A model generated the notes under the pieces. The model worked only from the letters and a program-made list of their open reading frames with translations. It had not been told where the DNA came from and made no database searches. Positions 56,344-63,651 of a stretch of DNA of 64,000 bases are shown here, piece after piece; within the stretch, counting starts at the first letter, position 1, and each line of letters begins with the position of its first letter. The translations under genes were made by a program, and so were the position numbers. The stretch is from a virus, in the IMG/VR virus record IMGVR_UViG_3300046777_002415, positions 15,499 through 79,498 of that record; one strand, 5' to 3'.

Positions 56344-56793
56344 TCAGACCAAGTGAAGCTGCGCTACAGCAGACGGAAACCGCCGGCGCAGATAAGTGAG
56401 GTGATGGATGCGATACGTCCAAGGCAACTTGAACTTCATGACGGCCTGCAGGCCGTAGGGCCCGGTCTTGAACCGGGCTGGGAGGTCGGGGCAGATGATC
56501 AGTGAACCCTGGTACAGGTCCACTGGCTGATTCGATCCTTCGAACCAGCAACCGGTGTCGTCGACCAAGGTCCAGCGAACGGAGTCTTGGCCGAGGCCTT
56601 TGACGATCTTCAGGGACTGAACGTGGAATGTGCGGAGCACATTCGGGATCACATTCGGAGGAGAGTCGCAGAGGCAGATGATGCTGCCTTCAGCGAGGGA
56701 CAAGGCGGTTTCCTTGTCTGGACGGGGTGGTTTCTTCTGGACAACAGGCTCGAAAAAGCTCTCGAGCGGGCGAATTTTGGCCGCAGATAGCAT
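56344..56793 (-). CDS. Hypothetical protein
   Basis: ORF preceded by GACCTTGAGAG and a hairpin copy. Confidence 0.5.
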   Translation of the reverse strand: MLSAAKIRPLESFFEPVVQKKPPRPDKETALSLAEGSIICLCDSPPNVIPNVLRTFHVQSLKIVKGLGQDSVRWTLVDDTGCWFEGSNQPVDLYQGSLIICPDLPARFKTGPYGLQAVMKFKLPWTYRIHHLTYLRRRFPSAVAQLHLV

Positions 56794-56822
56794 GGTAGTT
56801 CTCTCAAGGTCACAGGACATCC

Positions 56823-56850
56823 CGCCACCCGGTTTGCTGTCCGGGTGGCG
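56823..56850 (-). promoter_or_regulatory. CAGCA-loop hairpin copy 4
   Basis: CGCCACCCGG-acagcaaa-CCGGGTGGCG. Confidence 0.7.
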
Positions 56851-56899
56851 AGTGGATTCAGTCTACTGCGGAAACGGGATCAGGGCAAACACGCCTCGA

Positions 56900-57196
56900 T
56901 CAGGCATACAGAAAGTCGATCCACTTGGTGACGTCCTCATCAGTCTGTGCCAAGTACCGGGCGCACTTCTGCCGCACCTCGAGAGGCAGGTAGTCATTGG
57001 ATATGCCCTCACGCAGGAGCCGATGGGCATGCAGCATGAGCATGTCGGATGCCTCCTGATCCTTGTAGAGGTAGGCGGCAATCTGCGCACTGTTCATGAT
57101 GGTGCCGATGAAGTAGCCAATGTCCTTGGCGATCTCGGTGGGTTCCTGTACGGGCGGGGCTACGGTCTTGGGTTTGAATGCGATGATGTTGGTCAT
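56900..57196 (-). CDS. Hypothetical protein
   Basis: AAGGAG RBS; MTNIIAFKPK start. Confidence 0.65.
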   Translation of the reverse strand: MTNIIAFKPKTVAPPVQEPTEIAKDIGYFIGTIMNSAQIAAYLYKDQEASDMLMLHAHRLLREGISNDYLPLEVRQKCARYLAQTDEDVTKWIDFLYA

Positions 57197-57198
57197 GT

Positions 57199-57540
57199 TT
57201 ACTCCTTGGGTTGGCTGTTGAGTGCTTCGTCTATTTGAGCTACGGCCGCCAGAAGGGCGGCCCTCACTGTGGTCAGTGCTTCTACTCCTTCTGAATCGTA
57301 TGACCCGTCCTTCTCTACGTAGAGGCCGAGCAGGTCGTCGACCATTTCCTTTAGGGTGGTCTGCCCAGCTATCCAGTACTGGTCGTCATCCTCTTCATCT
57401 CCTCTGTATATGAGGATTGTGCCTGGGTCTATGGAAAATAGATCACACTCCTGACCCCTCCTCTTGGCCAAATCGTGAACATGGGACCAGTAGTAAGGGA
57501 CTCCTGCGAAGTCTGCATACATATACGTCTCCTTGGTCAA
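57199..57540 (-). CDS. Hypothetical protein
   Basis: Open frame in the minus-strand gene run. Start uncertain. Confidence 0.5.
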   Translation of the reverse strand: MTKETYMYADFAGVPYYWSHVHDLAKRRGQECDLFSIDPGTILIYRGDEEDDDQYWIAGQTTLKEMVDDLLGLYVEKDGSYDSEGVEALTTVRAALLAAVAQIDEALNSQPKE

Positions 57541-57812
57541 TGAACAGTTGAAGTTACGGGTTCAGCTTCCTGCTTTTCCAGTGTCGCTGCCCGGCCCATG
57601 GCCTTGAACAGCAACATCGGATCGATTCCTATTTTGTGCTCGAGCATGTTCTCGTAGATGACGAGGGCTCGATTGATCTCACTGCAGGTGATCGGGATGC
57701 CGGCGGCATCCGCCGCCTCATGCATCTCGGAGTGGGTGATGAAGTGAAAGGCGATCGGTTCGTCCGGATCCATGTCTTCAAACATTTCGAGCAGATCGCC
57801 GACGGTATTCAT
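57537..57812 (-). CDS. Hypothetical protein
   Basis: GACCTTGGAGG RBS; ATGA coupling. Confidence 0.6.
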   Translation of the reverse strand: MNTVGDLLEMFEDMDPDEPIAFHFITHSEMHEAADAAGIPITCSEINRALVIYENMLEHKIGIDPMLLFKAMGRAATLEKQEAEPVTSTVH

Positions 57813-58534
57813 GATGGTGTTGCCTCCAAGGTCATGCGGAATTCACGGTACTTCTTGACTGCGCCGACAGGACCATGAGCATTGATGGTGAAGTCCCGGC
57901 GAGTGCCGTTGCAGCCGAGACAGTCGGAGCAGGTTACATCCGTGTCGGACTCATTGGAAGCAGGGCAGGGGCGCTCACCGCGCTGGCGTGACTCGTCCGG
58001 GAGCTTGACCCGGTAGGTGTACCAGCCGGCAGCCTTGGCCTCGTGATAGTCGCCGAGGTGGTCGCAAGATGCCTGAATGATCTGGCTGAAGCGTTGATCA
58101 CATGTGCGCCATTGGTGGGTGTAGCCGGTGTGGCCGTCGGATGCCGACAGCAGCTCTGCCCACATCTCGTAGGGCGCCATTGCCGGGTCGCCATAGGCGC
58201 CAACTCGAATCTTCCGGTGCCGGCCGAACTTCCTCAGGTTCTTGATTGGGATCCAAGCATCCTTGGCTTCCCATACCTGGTAGGTGCCGTGCATCAAGGT
58301 CACGTAGCAAGTGCGGCCCTTGCCTTTCTTGCCTCGGAACTTGCAGTCGCCACAGATGCTGACGTCCTGATCGGTGCTGACGGCGTCCTGCGGGTGCATG
58401 TCGTTGCGGATGATGTAGACCTGCAGCATCGGGCCGGTCTTTCGATTGGATGATCCCTCACCAGCAACAACCGCGATTGGCTGTCCGTCGAGCGCAGAGG
58501 GGCCTTCCCACAATAGGTAGTACTTCATTGCCAT
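57809..58534 (-). CDS. Conserved Cys-rich phage early protein
   Basis: SNRKTG, CGDC...CYV, R.GAYGDP, TGYTHQW, CPA....C..C..C. Confidence 0.65.
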   Translation of the reverse strand: MAMKYYLLWEGPSALDGQPIAVVAGEGSSNRKTGPMLQVYIIRNDMHPQDAVSTDQDVSICGDCKFRGKKGKGRTCYVTLMHGTYQVWEAKDAWIPIKNLRKFGRHRKIRVGAYGDPAMAPYEMWAELLSASDGHTGYTHQWRTCDQRFSQIIQASCDHLGDYHEAKAAGWYTYRVKLPDESRQRGERPCPASNESDTDVTCSDCLGCNGTRRDFTINAHGPVGAVKKYREFRMTLEATPS

Positions 58535-58562
58535 GTCGATCTCCAAGGTCAGTACGGAGCCC

Positions 58563-58578
58563 GCCGGTGCTGACCGGC
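58563..58578 (-). promoter_or_regulatory. CAGCA-loop hairpin copy 5
   Basis: GCCGG-tcagca-CCGGC, directly after a terminator. Confidence 0.65.
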
Positions 58579-58584
58579 AGGCAC

Positions 58585-58608
58585 AAAAAAGCCCGGACTT
58601 GCCGGGCT
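58585..58608 (-). terminator. Rho-independent terminator
   Basis: Minus strand AGCCCGG-caagt-CCGGGCT followed by a T run. Confidence 0.8.
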
Positions 58609-58651
58609 GTTGATTTCGGTATTTACCGAATGGGTGTTCGGTATCTACCGA

Positions 58652-58924
58652 TTAGTCGTCACTCTTTTCTCCTTGCCAGATTTCGAGCCATACCCCCACA
58701 TGGTCGGACAGTTTCTCTCTCGCGGTCCTGTAGGTCCCGGTGACGGCGTCCCCGATCGCCAAGTCGATCAGGTACCCCACGGGTATGAACGGGGTGAAAA
58801 GTAGGAGACCTATCCTCCTCCATACCAGCAAGGCGGTGGCTCGGTGTCCGATGATGAGTAAGGCGAACGGAGCCGCGCACCCTAAAAAGACGACCAGATC
58901 TAAATAATTCCTCACTTCAGTCAT
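58652..58924 (-). CDS. Small membrane protein
   Basis: Two hydrophobic segments; GGAG RBS. Confidence 0.55.
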   Translation of the reverse strand: MTEVRNYLDLVVFLGCAAPFALLIIGHRATALLVWRRIGLLLFTPFIPVGYLIDLAIGDAVTGTYRTAREKLSDHVGVWLEIWQGEKSDD

Positions 58925-59045
58925 GCTCCCCCTCCAGCGTGATTCGCCATTGGTTGTTGATGTAGATTGCCCGGTACGCCATGCCCTTGGTGTGCAGGTC
59001 GATGCAGATATTGACCATGTCGTAGATGGTTTCCGCGATGATCAT
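58917..59045 (-). CDS. 42-aa hypothetical protein (not in the ORF track)
   Basis: AGGAGG RBS, ATGA coupling, MIIAETIYDMVNICIDL... Confidence 0.5.
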   Translation of the reverse strand: MIIAETIYDMVNICIDLHTKGMAYRAIYINNQWRITLEGEHD

Positions 59046-59338
59046 GCGACCTCCTGCAGATAGCACTGCTTGACGTTGCTCTCGATGATTTCGTTGCCTT
59101 TCAGGTCGAGCACCTGGACCTCGTTCTCTGTCTCGATCCAGACCTTGGCGCCACAGGACAGGGGCTTGTCAGGGCGATAGACGATTCGCGCCACCTCGGC
59201 GCCGTCAGGGCCCAGGATGACCGCGGTGTGGCCGTAGCAGTTGCGCTTGCTGTCCTTCGTGGTGAGGACCGGGCGGTTGCCGCCGTCCTTGCTGTTGAGG
59301 CGGATGTTCGGTTGGGATACGTGGATGATCGTTTTCAT
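59042..59338 (-). CDS. Conserved hypothetical phage protein
   Basis: MKTIIHV.Q..IR.N....PVLT.K....VY.PDKPLSCGAKVWIET. Confidence 0.7.
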   Translation of the reverse strand: MKTIIHVSQPNIRLNSKDGGNRPVLTTKDSKRNCYGHTAVILGPDGAEVARIVYRPDKPLSCGAKVWIETENEVQVLDLKGNEIIESNVKQCYLQEVA

Positions 59339-59523
59339 GCTGGAACCTCCTGGGCTACCGCATGGCAGATGACGCACTCGGCATAGCCGTTGTTGTGGAT
59401 TCGGGCCTCATAGCAGCCCTTGTCATCCAGAAAGTTTCCGTGCTCGTCGACCAGCCAGTCGTGGTACTCCACGCCGGTAGTGATGAATTCCTTATGGTCG
59501 GGGTTGTTAGGGCAGACTTTCAT
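59335..59523 (-). CDS. Small Zn-ribbon-like protein
   Basis: CPNNPDH...CVIC; CCTTGGAGG RBS. Confidence 0.6.
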   Translation of the reverse strand: MKVCPNNPDHKEFITTGVEYHDWLVDEHGNFLDDKGCYEARIHNNGYAECVICHAVAQEVPA

Positions 59524-59545
59524 GTTTCCTCCAAGGTGATATGAG

Positions 59546-59569
59546 AAGGCCCGGTGCTGACCGGGCCTT
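59546..59569 (-). promoter_or_regulatory. CAGCA-loop hairpin copy 6
   Basis: AAGGCCCGG-tcagca-CCGGGCCTT. Confidence 0.75.
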
Positions 59570-59577
59570 GGGTTGGA

Positions 59578-59835
59578 CTAGCTGAAGCTGTATCCTTCCT
59601 TGATTGTGAAGTGCCTATTCATCTGGTCTGTATCCCAGCGGGAACCGGCCAGATCACGGATGGCGACATAGGCCTGTTGTATCTCATTGCCCGCCCGGCA
59701 AATCCGTCTGTATTCTTTTGAACCCACCGGCAGGCATTTCATGGCTATCTCCCACGCCGTGGCAGCAGAGAGCAGCTGGGTTTCGAGAATGTACGCGAGG
59801 CTGACGAGCTCGCTATCGGTCATGATCTTGGCCAT
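59578..59835 (-). CDS. Hypothetical protein
   Basis: AGGAG RBS. Confidence 0.6.
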   Translation of the reverse strand: MAKIMTDSELVSLAYILETQLLSAATAWEIAMKCLPVGSKEYRRICRAGNEIQQAYVAIRDLAGSRWDTDQMNRHFTIKEGYSFS

Positions 59836-59847
59836 GTTTGCTCCTGG

Positions 59848-60006
59848 CTACTTCACGTCTTTGCGGGATAAGCCCCTGACGATCGTCGAGATGGTGTTCT
59901 TGTGGACCCCGTAGAGGGCCGCAAGGGTTGCGATCTTCGCGCCGGCCTCGCGCCGGCCTCGGATCTCGCGGACGTCGTCGTCTGACAATTTCACTTTCCC
60001 TCTCAT
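59848..60006 (-). CDS. 52-aa stand-alone HTH protein (not in the ORF track)
   Basis: KLSDDDVREIR.....IATLAALYGVHKNTISTIVRG; GGAGG RBS; ATGA-coupled to the ligase. Confidence 0.65.
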   Translation of the reverse strand: MRGKVKLSDDDVREIRGRREAGAKIATLAALYGVHKNTISTIVRGLSRKDVK

Positions 60007-60899
60007 GCTGCGATGTCCTCCCTAAAGCGTTGGAATACTGGGAACCTCGGCGCGTCGACCACCCCGATGGTCACCGACTTGTAAGTCACGATCCGCCCAA
60101 CCAGCGTCTCCTTTTGGGCCCAGAGCAAATCCCTGTCGGCAGCCGTGAATCCGCCACCGATCGAGAACTCCTGACCGCTGGTCAGGTCTCGGACCTGGAT
60201 GGCGCCCAATGTGCCGCCGGCCACCTTCCCCTCCTTGGATGTGCTGCGCTCGGTGCGACCCAAGGCATTCTTCTTGGCCTCGTTGTGATTCCGTTCGAGC
60301 TCGTCGTAGCCGATGATCACGGCATCCGAGTCGCGCCATGGCTTAATCTTCCCGAGCAGGCCCTCGCGAGTGGAGGACCTCCCGTGCTTGTAGTAGCCGA
60401 GCGGGTCTCGGGTCATGGCGCCTTCCCAGCCAGCGCGGAGATACGATTCGTAGACCTCGATGAGCTGAGATTGGCTATCGACTGGCCGGTGTTCGACAAG
60501 CCGTACCGGCAAGCCCTTTCGCTGTGCTTCTGCGACTCGGTAGGCAGCAGACTGCAGCCGCTGACTGAAAGGGTGGTGAGGATGAGTGGCATCGTCGAAA
60601 ACAAAGAAGAACGTCTCATCTGTACTCCCTTCGAATGACATGACCGATCTTGTTGTTGAGTTGAAGGCCGTTTCCGACGTCGGGTCGCCAGTCAGCAGTT
60701 CGCCATCCAGACCGTCAAGCAAGGGGTTGCTGAGGATGGCCCGGAGCTCTTTATTGGCGATCGGTTTGAGTGAGCGGGACAGTGCTTGCCCACCCTGGAT
60801 GACGCACCTGATCCCGTCTATCTTCGGCGAGACGAGCAGCGTCTTGTTGATCGGCTTCTGCAGGTCAAAGGCAGAAGCCAGCATAGGTTTGAAAGTCAT
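60003..60899 (-). CDS. lig: ATP-dependent DNA ligase
   Basis: KPMLA, KIDGIR, LDGEL, VFD, EGAM.R, KIK, GGGFT, RFPVF. Confidence 0.93.
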   Translation of the reverse strand: MTFKPMLASAFDLQKPINKTLLVSPKIDGIRCVIQGGQALSRSLKPIANKELRAILSNPLLDGLDGELLTGDPTSETAFNSTTRSVMSFEGSTDETFFFVFDDATHPHHPFSQRLQSAAYRVAEAQRKGLPVRLVEHRPVDSQSQLIEVYESYLRAGWEGAMTRDPLGYYKHGRSSTREGLLGKIKPWRDSDAVIIGYDELERNHNEAKKNALGRTERSTSKEGKVAGGTLGAIQVRDLTSGQEFSIGGGFTAADRDLLWAQKETLVGRIVTYKSVTIGVVDAPRFPVFQRFREDIAA

Positions 60900-61138
60900 G
60901 CTGCCTCCTTGAGAGTGTTCTCCCGGTACTTCTCGAACGCCGCGTCCAAGATGCGCTTGAACAGGGAATCCTCGCTGGCGTAGTCCCACAGGAGCTGGTT
61001 GATCACCTCTCCGTCGAGGATGTCGAGCAAATCGATGTCCTGCTCCCATTCCTCGCGCTCGGTACCGTCATCCTCGAGGCGGGGGTCGGATTGGTTGTCG
61101 TAGGCCCGCTGGGCCGAATCAAATATGGCTTGGTCCAT
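60896..61138 (-). CDS. Hypothetical acidic protein
   Basis: GACCTTGGAG RBS; AQRAYDNQSDP. Confidence 0.6.
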   Translation of the reverse strand: MDQAIFDSAQRAYDNQSDPRLEDDGTEREEWEQDIDLLDILDGEVINQLLWDYASEDSLFKRILDAAFEKYRENTLKEAA

Positions 61139-61310
61139 CAGTGTTCTCCAAGGTCGTGCAGAGCCGCTCGGCGAGGGAAACCATGTCGAGCGGTTGGTAA
61201 TCCGGCAGTGCTGTGCCGGTGAGGAGGGCCGACTCGAGTCGGCCGATCTTTCTGTTGAGGTCGGCGGCTTCCTTGTAGAGGTTGCCGATCTCACGGTGGA
61301 TGTCATACAT
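61119..61310 (-). CDS. Hypothetical protein
   Basis: AAGGAGG RBS before MYDIHREI. Confidence 0.55.
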   Translation of the reverse strand: MYDIHREIGNLYKEAADLNRKIGRLESALLTGTALPDYQPLDMVSLAERLCTTLENTDGPSHI

Positions 61311-61479
61311 TTGGTACCTCCTTGAAGTCTGTGTATTTGCTCTCCTCTCCGCAAGCCTGGCAGTAGAAGGCCTCGTAGGTCGAGTGGACTTCCCAGTCCC
61401 CGGTGACCTTGCTCCAGTAGGCCAGGGCATCCACAACGATTTCCTCACTTTCACAGTGCGGGCAGATAGGGATGTTCAT
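61303..61479 (-). CDS. Small Zn-ribbon protein
   Basis: CPHC...CQAC; CTTGGAGG RBS. Confidence 0.6.
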   Translation of the reverse strand: MNIPICPHCESEEIVVDALAYWSKVTGDWEVHSTYEAFYCQACGEESKYTDFKEVPNV

Positions 61480-61524
61480 GGTTACCTCCAAGTTGTGGAG
61501 GCCGTCCTTGGCCGGGTGGAATCC

Positions 61525-61905
61525 TTACGCCGCCATGTCTTCTGCGACGGCAGCCAGTGCGGTCTTCAGCAGCTTCGCGTCGACCTTGATGGACGGTGCC
61601 TTCTTCTCAAGCACCGCGAATTCGGGGCAGCCCATCTTCAGGAATGCCTCCTTCGCACAGGACAGCTTGAACAGCACTTGGTATTGCGGGTGGGACAGGA
61701 AGTACTCGGCGGCTTGGGCCTGATCCTGCACGACGACTTGGTCGGCGAGGGACACGGTGAAGTATTCGGGGGAAAAGCCCGAGGTGATCATTGGATACGC
61801 CTCGATCAGCTGGGCCTTCAAGGCTTTAATCTCCTTCTCGATGTCGTCTTTCTGCTTGCTGAGTTGAGCAAGGCGCAGGGCGGTTTCTAGGTTGTTCATG
61901 GTCAA
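61525..61905 (-). CDS. Hypothetical protein
   Basis: GACCTTGGAG RBS; N-terminal coiled coil. Confidence 0.6.
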   Translation of the reverse strand: MTMNNLETALRLAQLSKQKDDIEKEIKALKAQLIEAYPMITSGFSPEYFTVSLADQVVVQDQAQAAEYFLSHPQYQVLFKLSCAKEAFLKMGCPEFAVLEKKAPSIKVDAKLLKTALAAVAEDMAA

Positions 61906-61928
61906 TACACTCCAAGGTCAAGGGTGGG

Positions 61929-62129
61929 TTAAGCGTGGACGATGTCGATCATCCACATGTTCAGTCGGCCGAGCCATCGGCCATACCAAGGTAGGCTGTC
62001 GACGTCGGCTTTGTGCAGATTGCGCAGCACCTTCTCTGTGCCCTCCGCCTGCTCCCGGGTGCCGACCACGATCTGCTGATAAGGGCCATAGACGACGGTC
62101 CATTGGAACTTTGAGTCTCTAATGATCAT
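61929..62129 (-). CDS. Hypothetical protein
   Basis: GGAG RBS; ATGA coupling. Confidence 0.5.
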   Translation of the reverse strand: MIIRDSKFQWTVVYGPYQQIVVGTREQAEGTEKVLRNLHKADVDSLPWYGRWLGRLNMWMIDIVHA

Positions 62130-62332
62130 GCTTGCATCTCCGTAATGAATTGAGAGATTTTCGAAGGAAGATCCGGCAGCTTGGAAAAGCTGAGGAGCAT
62201 CCGCTGGGTTTCGCCGCGATGGCGTATCGCCTGCTTGCGCAGGGATTCGGACAACGGACGGCCGGCCAGGTAATAGGCGACCGCCGCGATGAAAAGCTCG
62301 TCGAAGAGCCGGGTGGCGACATGAGGATTCAT
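62126..62332 (-). CDS. Hypothetical protein
   Basis: GACCTAGGAG RBS. Confidence 0.55.
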   Translation of the reverse strand: MNPHVATRLFDELFIAAVAYYLAGRPLSESLRKQAIRHRGETQRMLLSFSKLPDLPSKISQFITEMQA

Positions 62333-62359
62333 GCCAATTCTCCTAGGTCAATACGTGGG

Positions 62360-62380
62360 CGCCCGGGTGCTGGCCGGGCG
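62360..62380 (-). promoter_or_regulatory. CAGCA-loop hairpin copy 7
   Basis: CGCCCGG-ccagcac-CCGGGCG. Confidence 0.7.
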
Positions 62381-62385
62381 TTGAT

Positions 62386-62874
62386 CTATTTGCAGAGGAA
62401 GGGTTGGGCTTCTCTCAGCAGTGCCATGGCGTCCTTGGGTTTGGCTCGGTGCCAGTTGTTGGTTTCAACCGTGCCGATCTCGGCGCCGGCATAAGTCGAG
62501 TAGGCAGACTGCCTGTCCTTGCTGACTACCACCAGATACCCTTCATCCGACCCGTCATTGACGGCGTAGATGGCTTGCTCCGAGCGCTGGTACAGCTTGC
62601 CTGTCCAGCCTTCCCTGTTGAAGCTGACGCAATCGGCCTGTGGCTTCTTGGCCAACGTCCAGGCCCGATACTCAGCCTGATATTTTCCTGTCCTCTTGAC
62701 CTCCATCCAGGAGACACCGGACATGCACCCGTATGGGTAGCAGTTGGTGACTGTTCCCACCCAGGTGCCTGCCATGTTGATTTCCGGCACAGGGCCGCTG
62801 AAAGCCAGCGCCTGCGCCGGCCCTGGAGCGCTGAGGAACAGCGCCAGTGCGGCAGCCGCTACTGTGTAAGCCAT
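62386..62874 (-). CDS. Exported protein with signal peptide, beta-barrel-like
   Basis: Hydrophobic N-terminus with AQA site, AGTWVG motif. Confidence 0.55.
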   Translation of the reverse strand: MAYTVAAAALALFLSAPGPAQALAFSGPVPEINMAGTWVGTVTNCYPYGCMSGVSWMEVKRTGKYQAEYRAWTLAKKPQADCVSFNREGWTGKLYQRSEQAIYAVNDGSDEGYLVVVSKDRQSAYSTYAGAEIGTVETNNWHRAKPKDAMALLREAQPFLCK

Positions 62875-62996
62875 TGGAAGGTCTCGTAGGCTGCCGCGGC
62901 GATGCCGCCGATGGCGCCGCCGGCCAGCAGGACAACAGATATGAGCATAGCGGCACTACCGATGACGCCTGCGATTGCTTTGAGGATGATTTGCAT
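62859..62996 (-). CDS. 45-aa membrane peptide (not in the ORF track)
   Basis: MQIILKAIAGVIGSAAMLISVVLLAGGAIGGIAAAAY...; ACCTTGGAG RBS. Confidence 0.6.
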   Translation of the reverse strand: MQIILKAIAGVIGSAAMLISVVLLAGGAIGGIAAAAYETFQWLTQ

Positions 62997-63016
62997 AAGT
63001 ATCTCCAAGGTTGTGG

Positions 63017-63178
63017 TCAGAGCTGGCTGCATTGCTGGCAGTAGTTCTGGTATTGCTCGAGAGCGAAGCTCTCGAAGTCATAGAGGTCAGATCCAAGCTC
63101 GTAGGCGCGGAGCCTGAGCTCTTCTTGGTGAGCGACAAGGTACTGCTCGAAGGTGAGCAGAGGAACAGGAATGGGCAT
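63017..63178 (-). CDS. Small hypothetical protein
   Basis: GACCACGGAG RBS before MPIPVPLLTFEQY. Confidence 0.55.
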   Translation of the reverse strand: MPIPVPLLTFEQYLVAHQEELRLRAYELGSDLYDFESFALEQYQNYCQQCSQL

Positions 63179-63198
63179 GGGGTTCTCCGTGGTCGGGG

Positions 63199-63223
63199 GT
63201 GTCCCGGAGTGCTGCCGGGACAC
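63199..63223 (-). promoter_or_regulatory. CAGCA-loop hairpin copy 8
   Basis: GTGTCCCGG-cagcact-CCGGGACAC. Confidence 0.75.
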
Positions 63224-63226
63224 AGT

Positions 63227-63256
63227 ATTGTAATGCTATGCGTCCGGGTCCGTCAG
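63227..63256 (-). promoter_or_regulatory. Candidate sigma70-type promoter
   Basis: Minus strand CTGACG-N18-TACAAT, placing +1 at the hairpin. Confidence 0.35.
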
Positions 63257-63649
63257 CAGTGCCATAACCTTAGCGGCTATCGTCCCTCTCACTAGACGGT
63301 TCACTTGCAGGTGAACCGCATCCGGGTGGCCAGCGATCGCGGTGATCGTCAGTTCCGGGGTCTCAAAGTCAATGGTGGTCGCGTCCGGGGTGAGATCCTT
63401 CTTGTCCACGCCTAGCGCATCCGCCAGCCTTTGCAGGTTCTTGGGGCTTGGGTACCCGGCCCCGCGAACCCACACGCTGATTCGATCCCTGCTCTTGGCA
63501 ACCGTGTGGCCCCGGGTATCGACCCTGTCACCCCAGAGCTTGCGGGCTATATCGCTCTGGTTGAATCCTCGCTCATCCATGATCCGCTGAAGATTTCTGG
63601 CGAAGGCTTGAAGGTCTCGCCTCCCCGCTTGGGTAACTCTGCAGGTCAT
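63236..63649 (-). CDS. XRE-family HTH transcriptional regulator
   Basis: FARNLQRIMDERGFNQSDIAR...ISVWVRG..YPS..NL.RLADALGV...DL. Confidence 0.85.
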   Translation of the reverse strand: MTCRVTQAGRRDLQAFARNLQRIMDERGFNQSDIARKLWGDRVDTRGHTVAKSRDRISVWVRGAGYPSPKNLQRLADALGVDKKDLTPDATTIDFETPELTITAIAGHPDAVHLQVNRLVRGTIAAKVMALLTDPDA

Positions 63650-63651
63650 GG

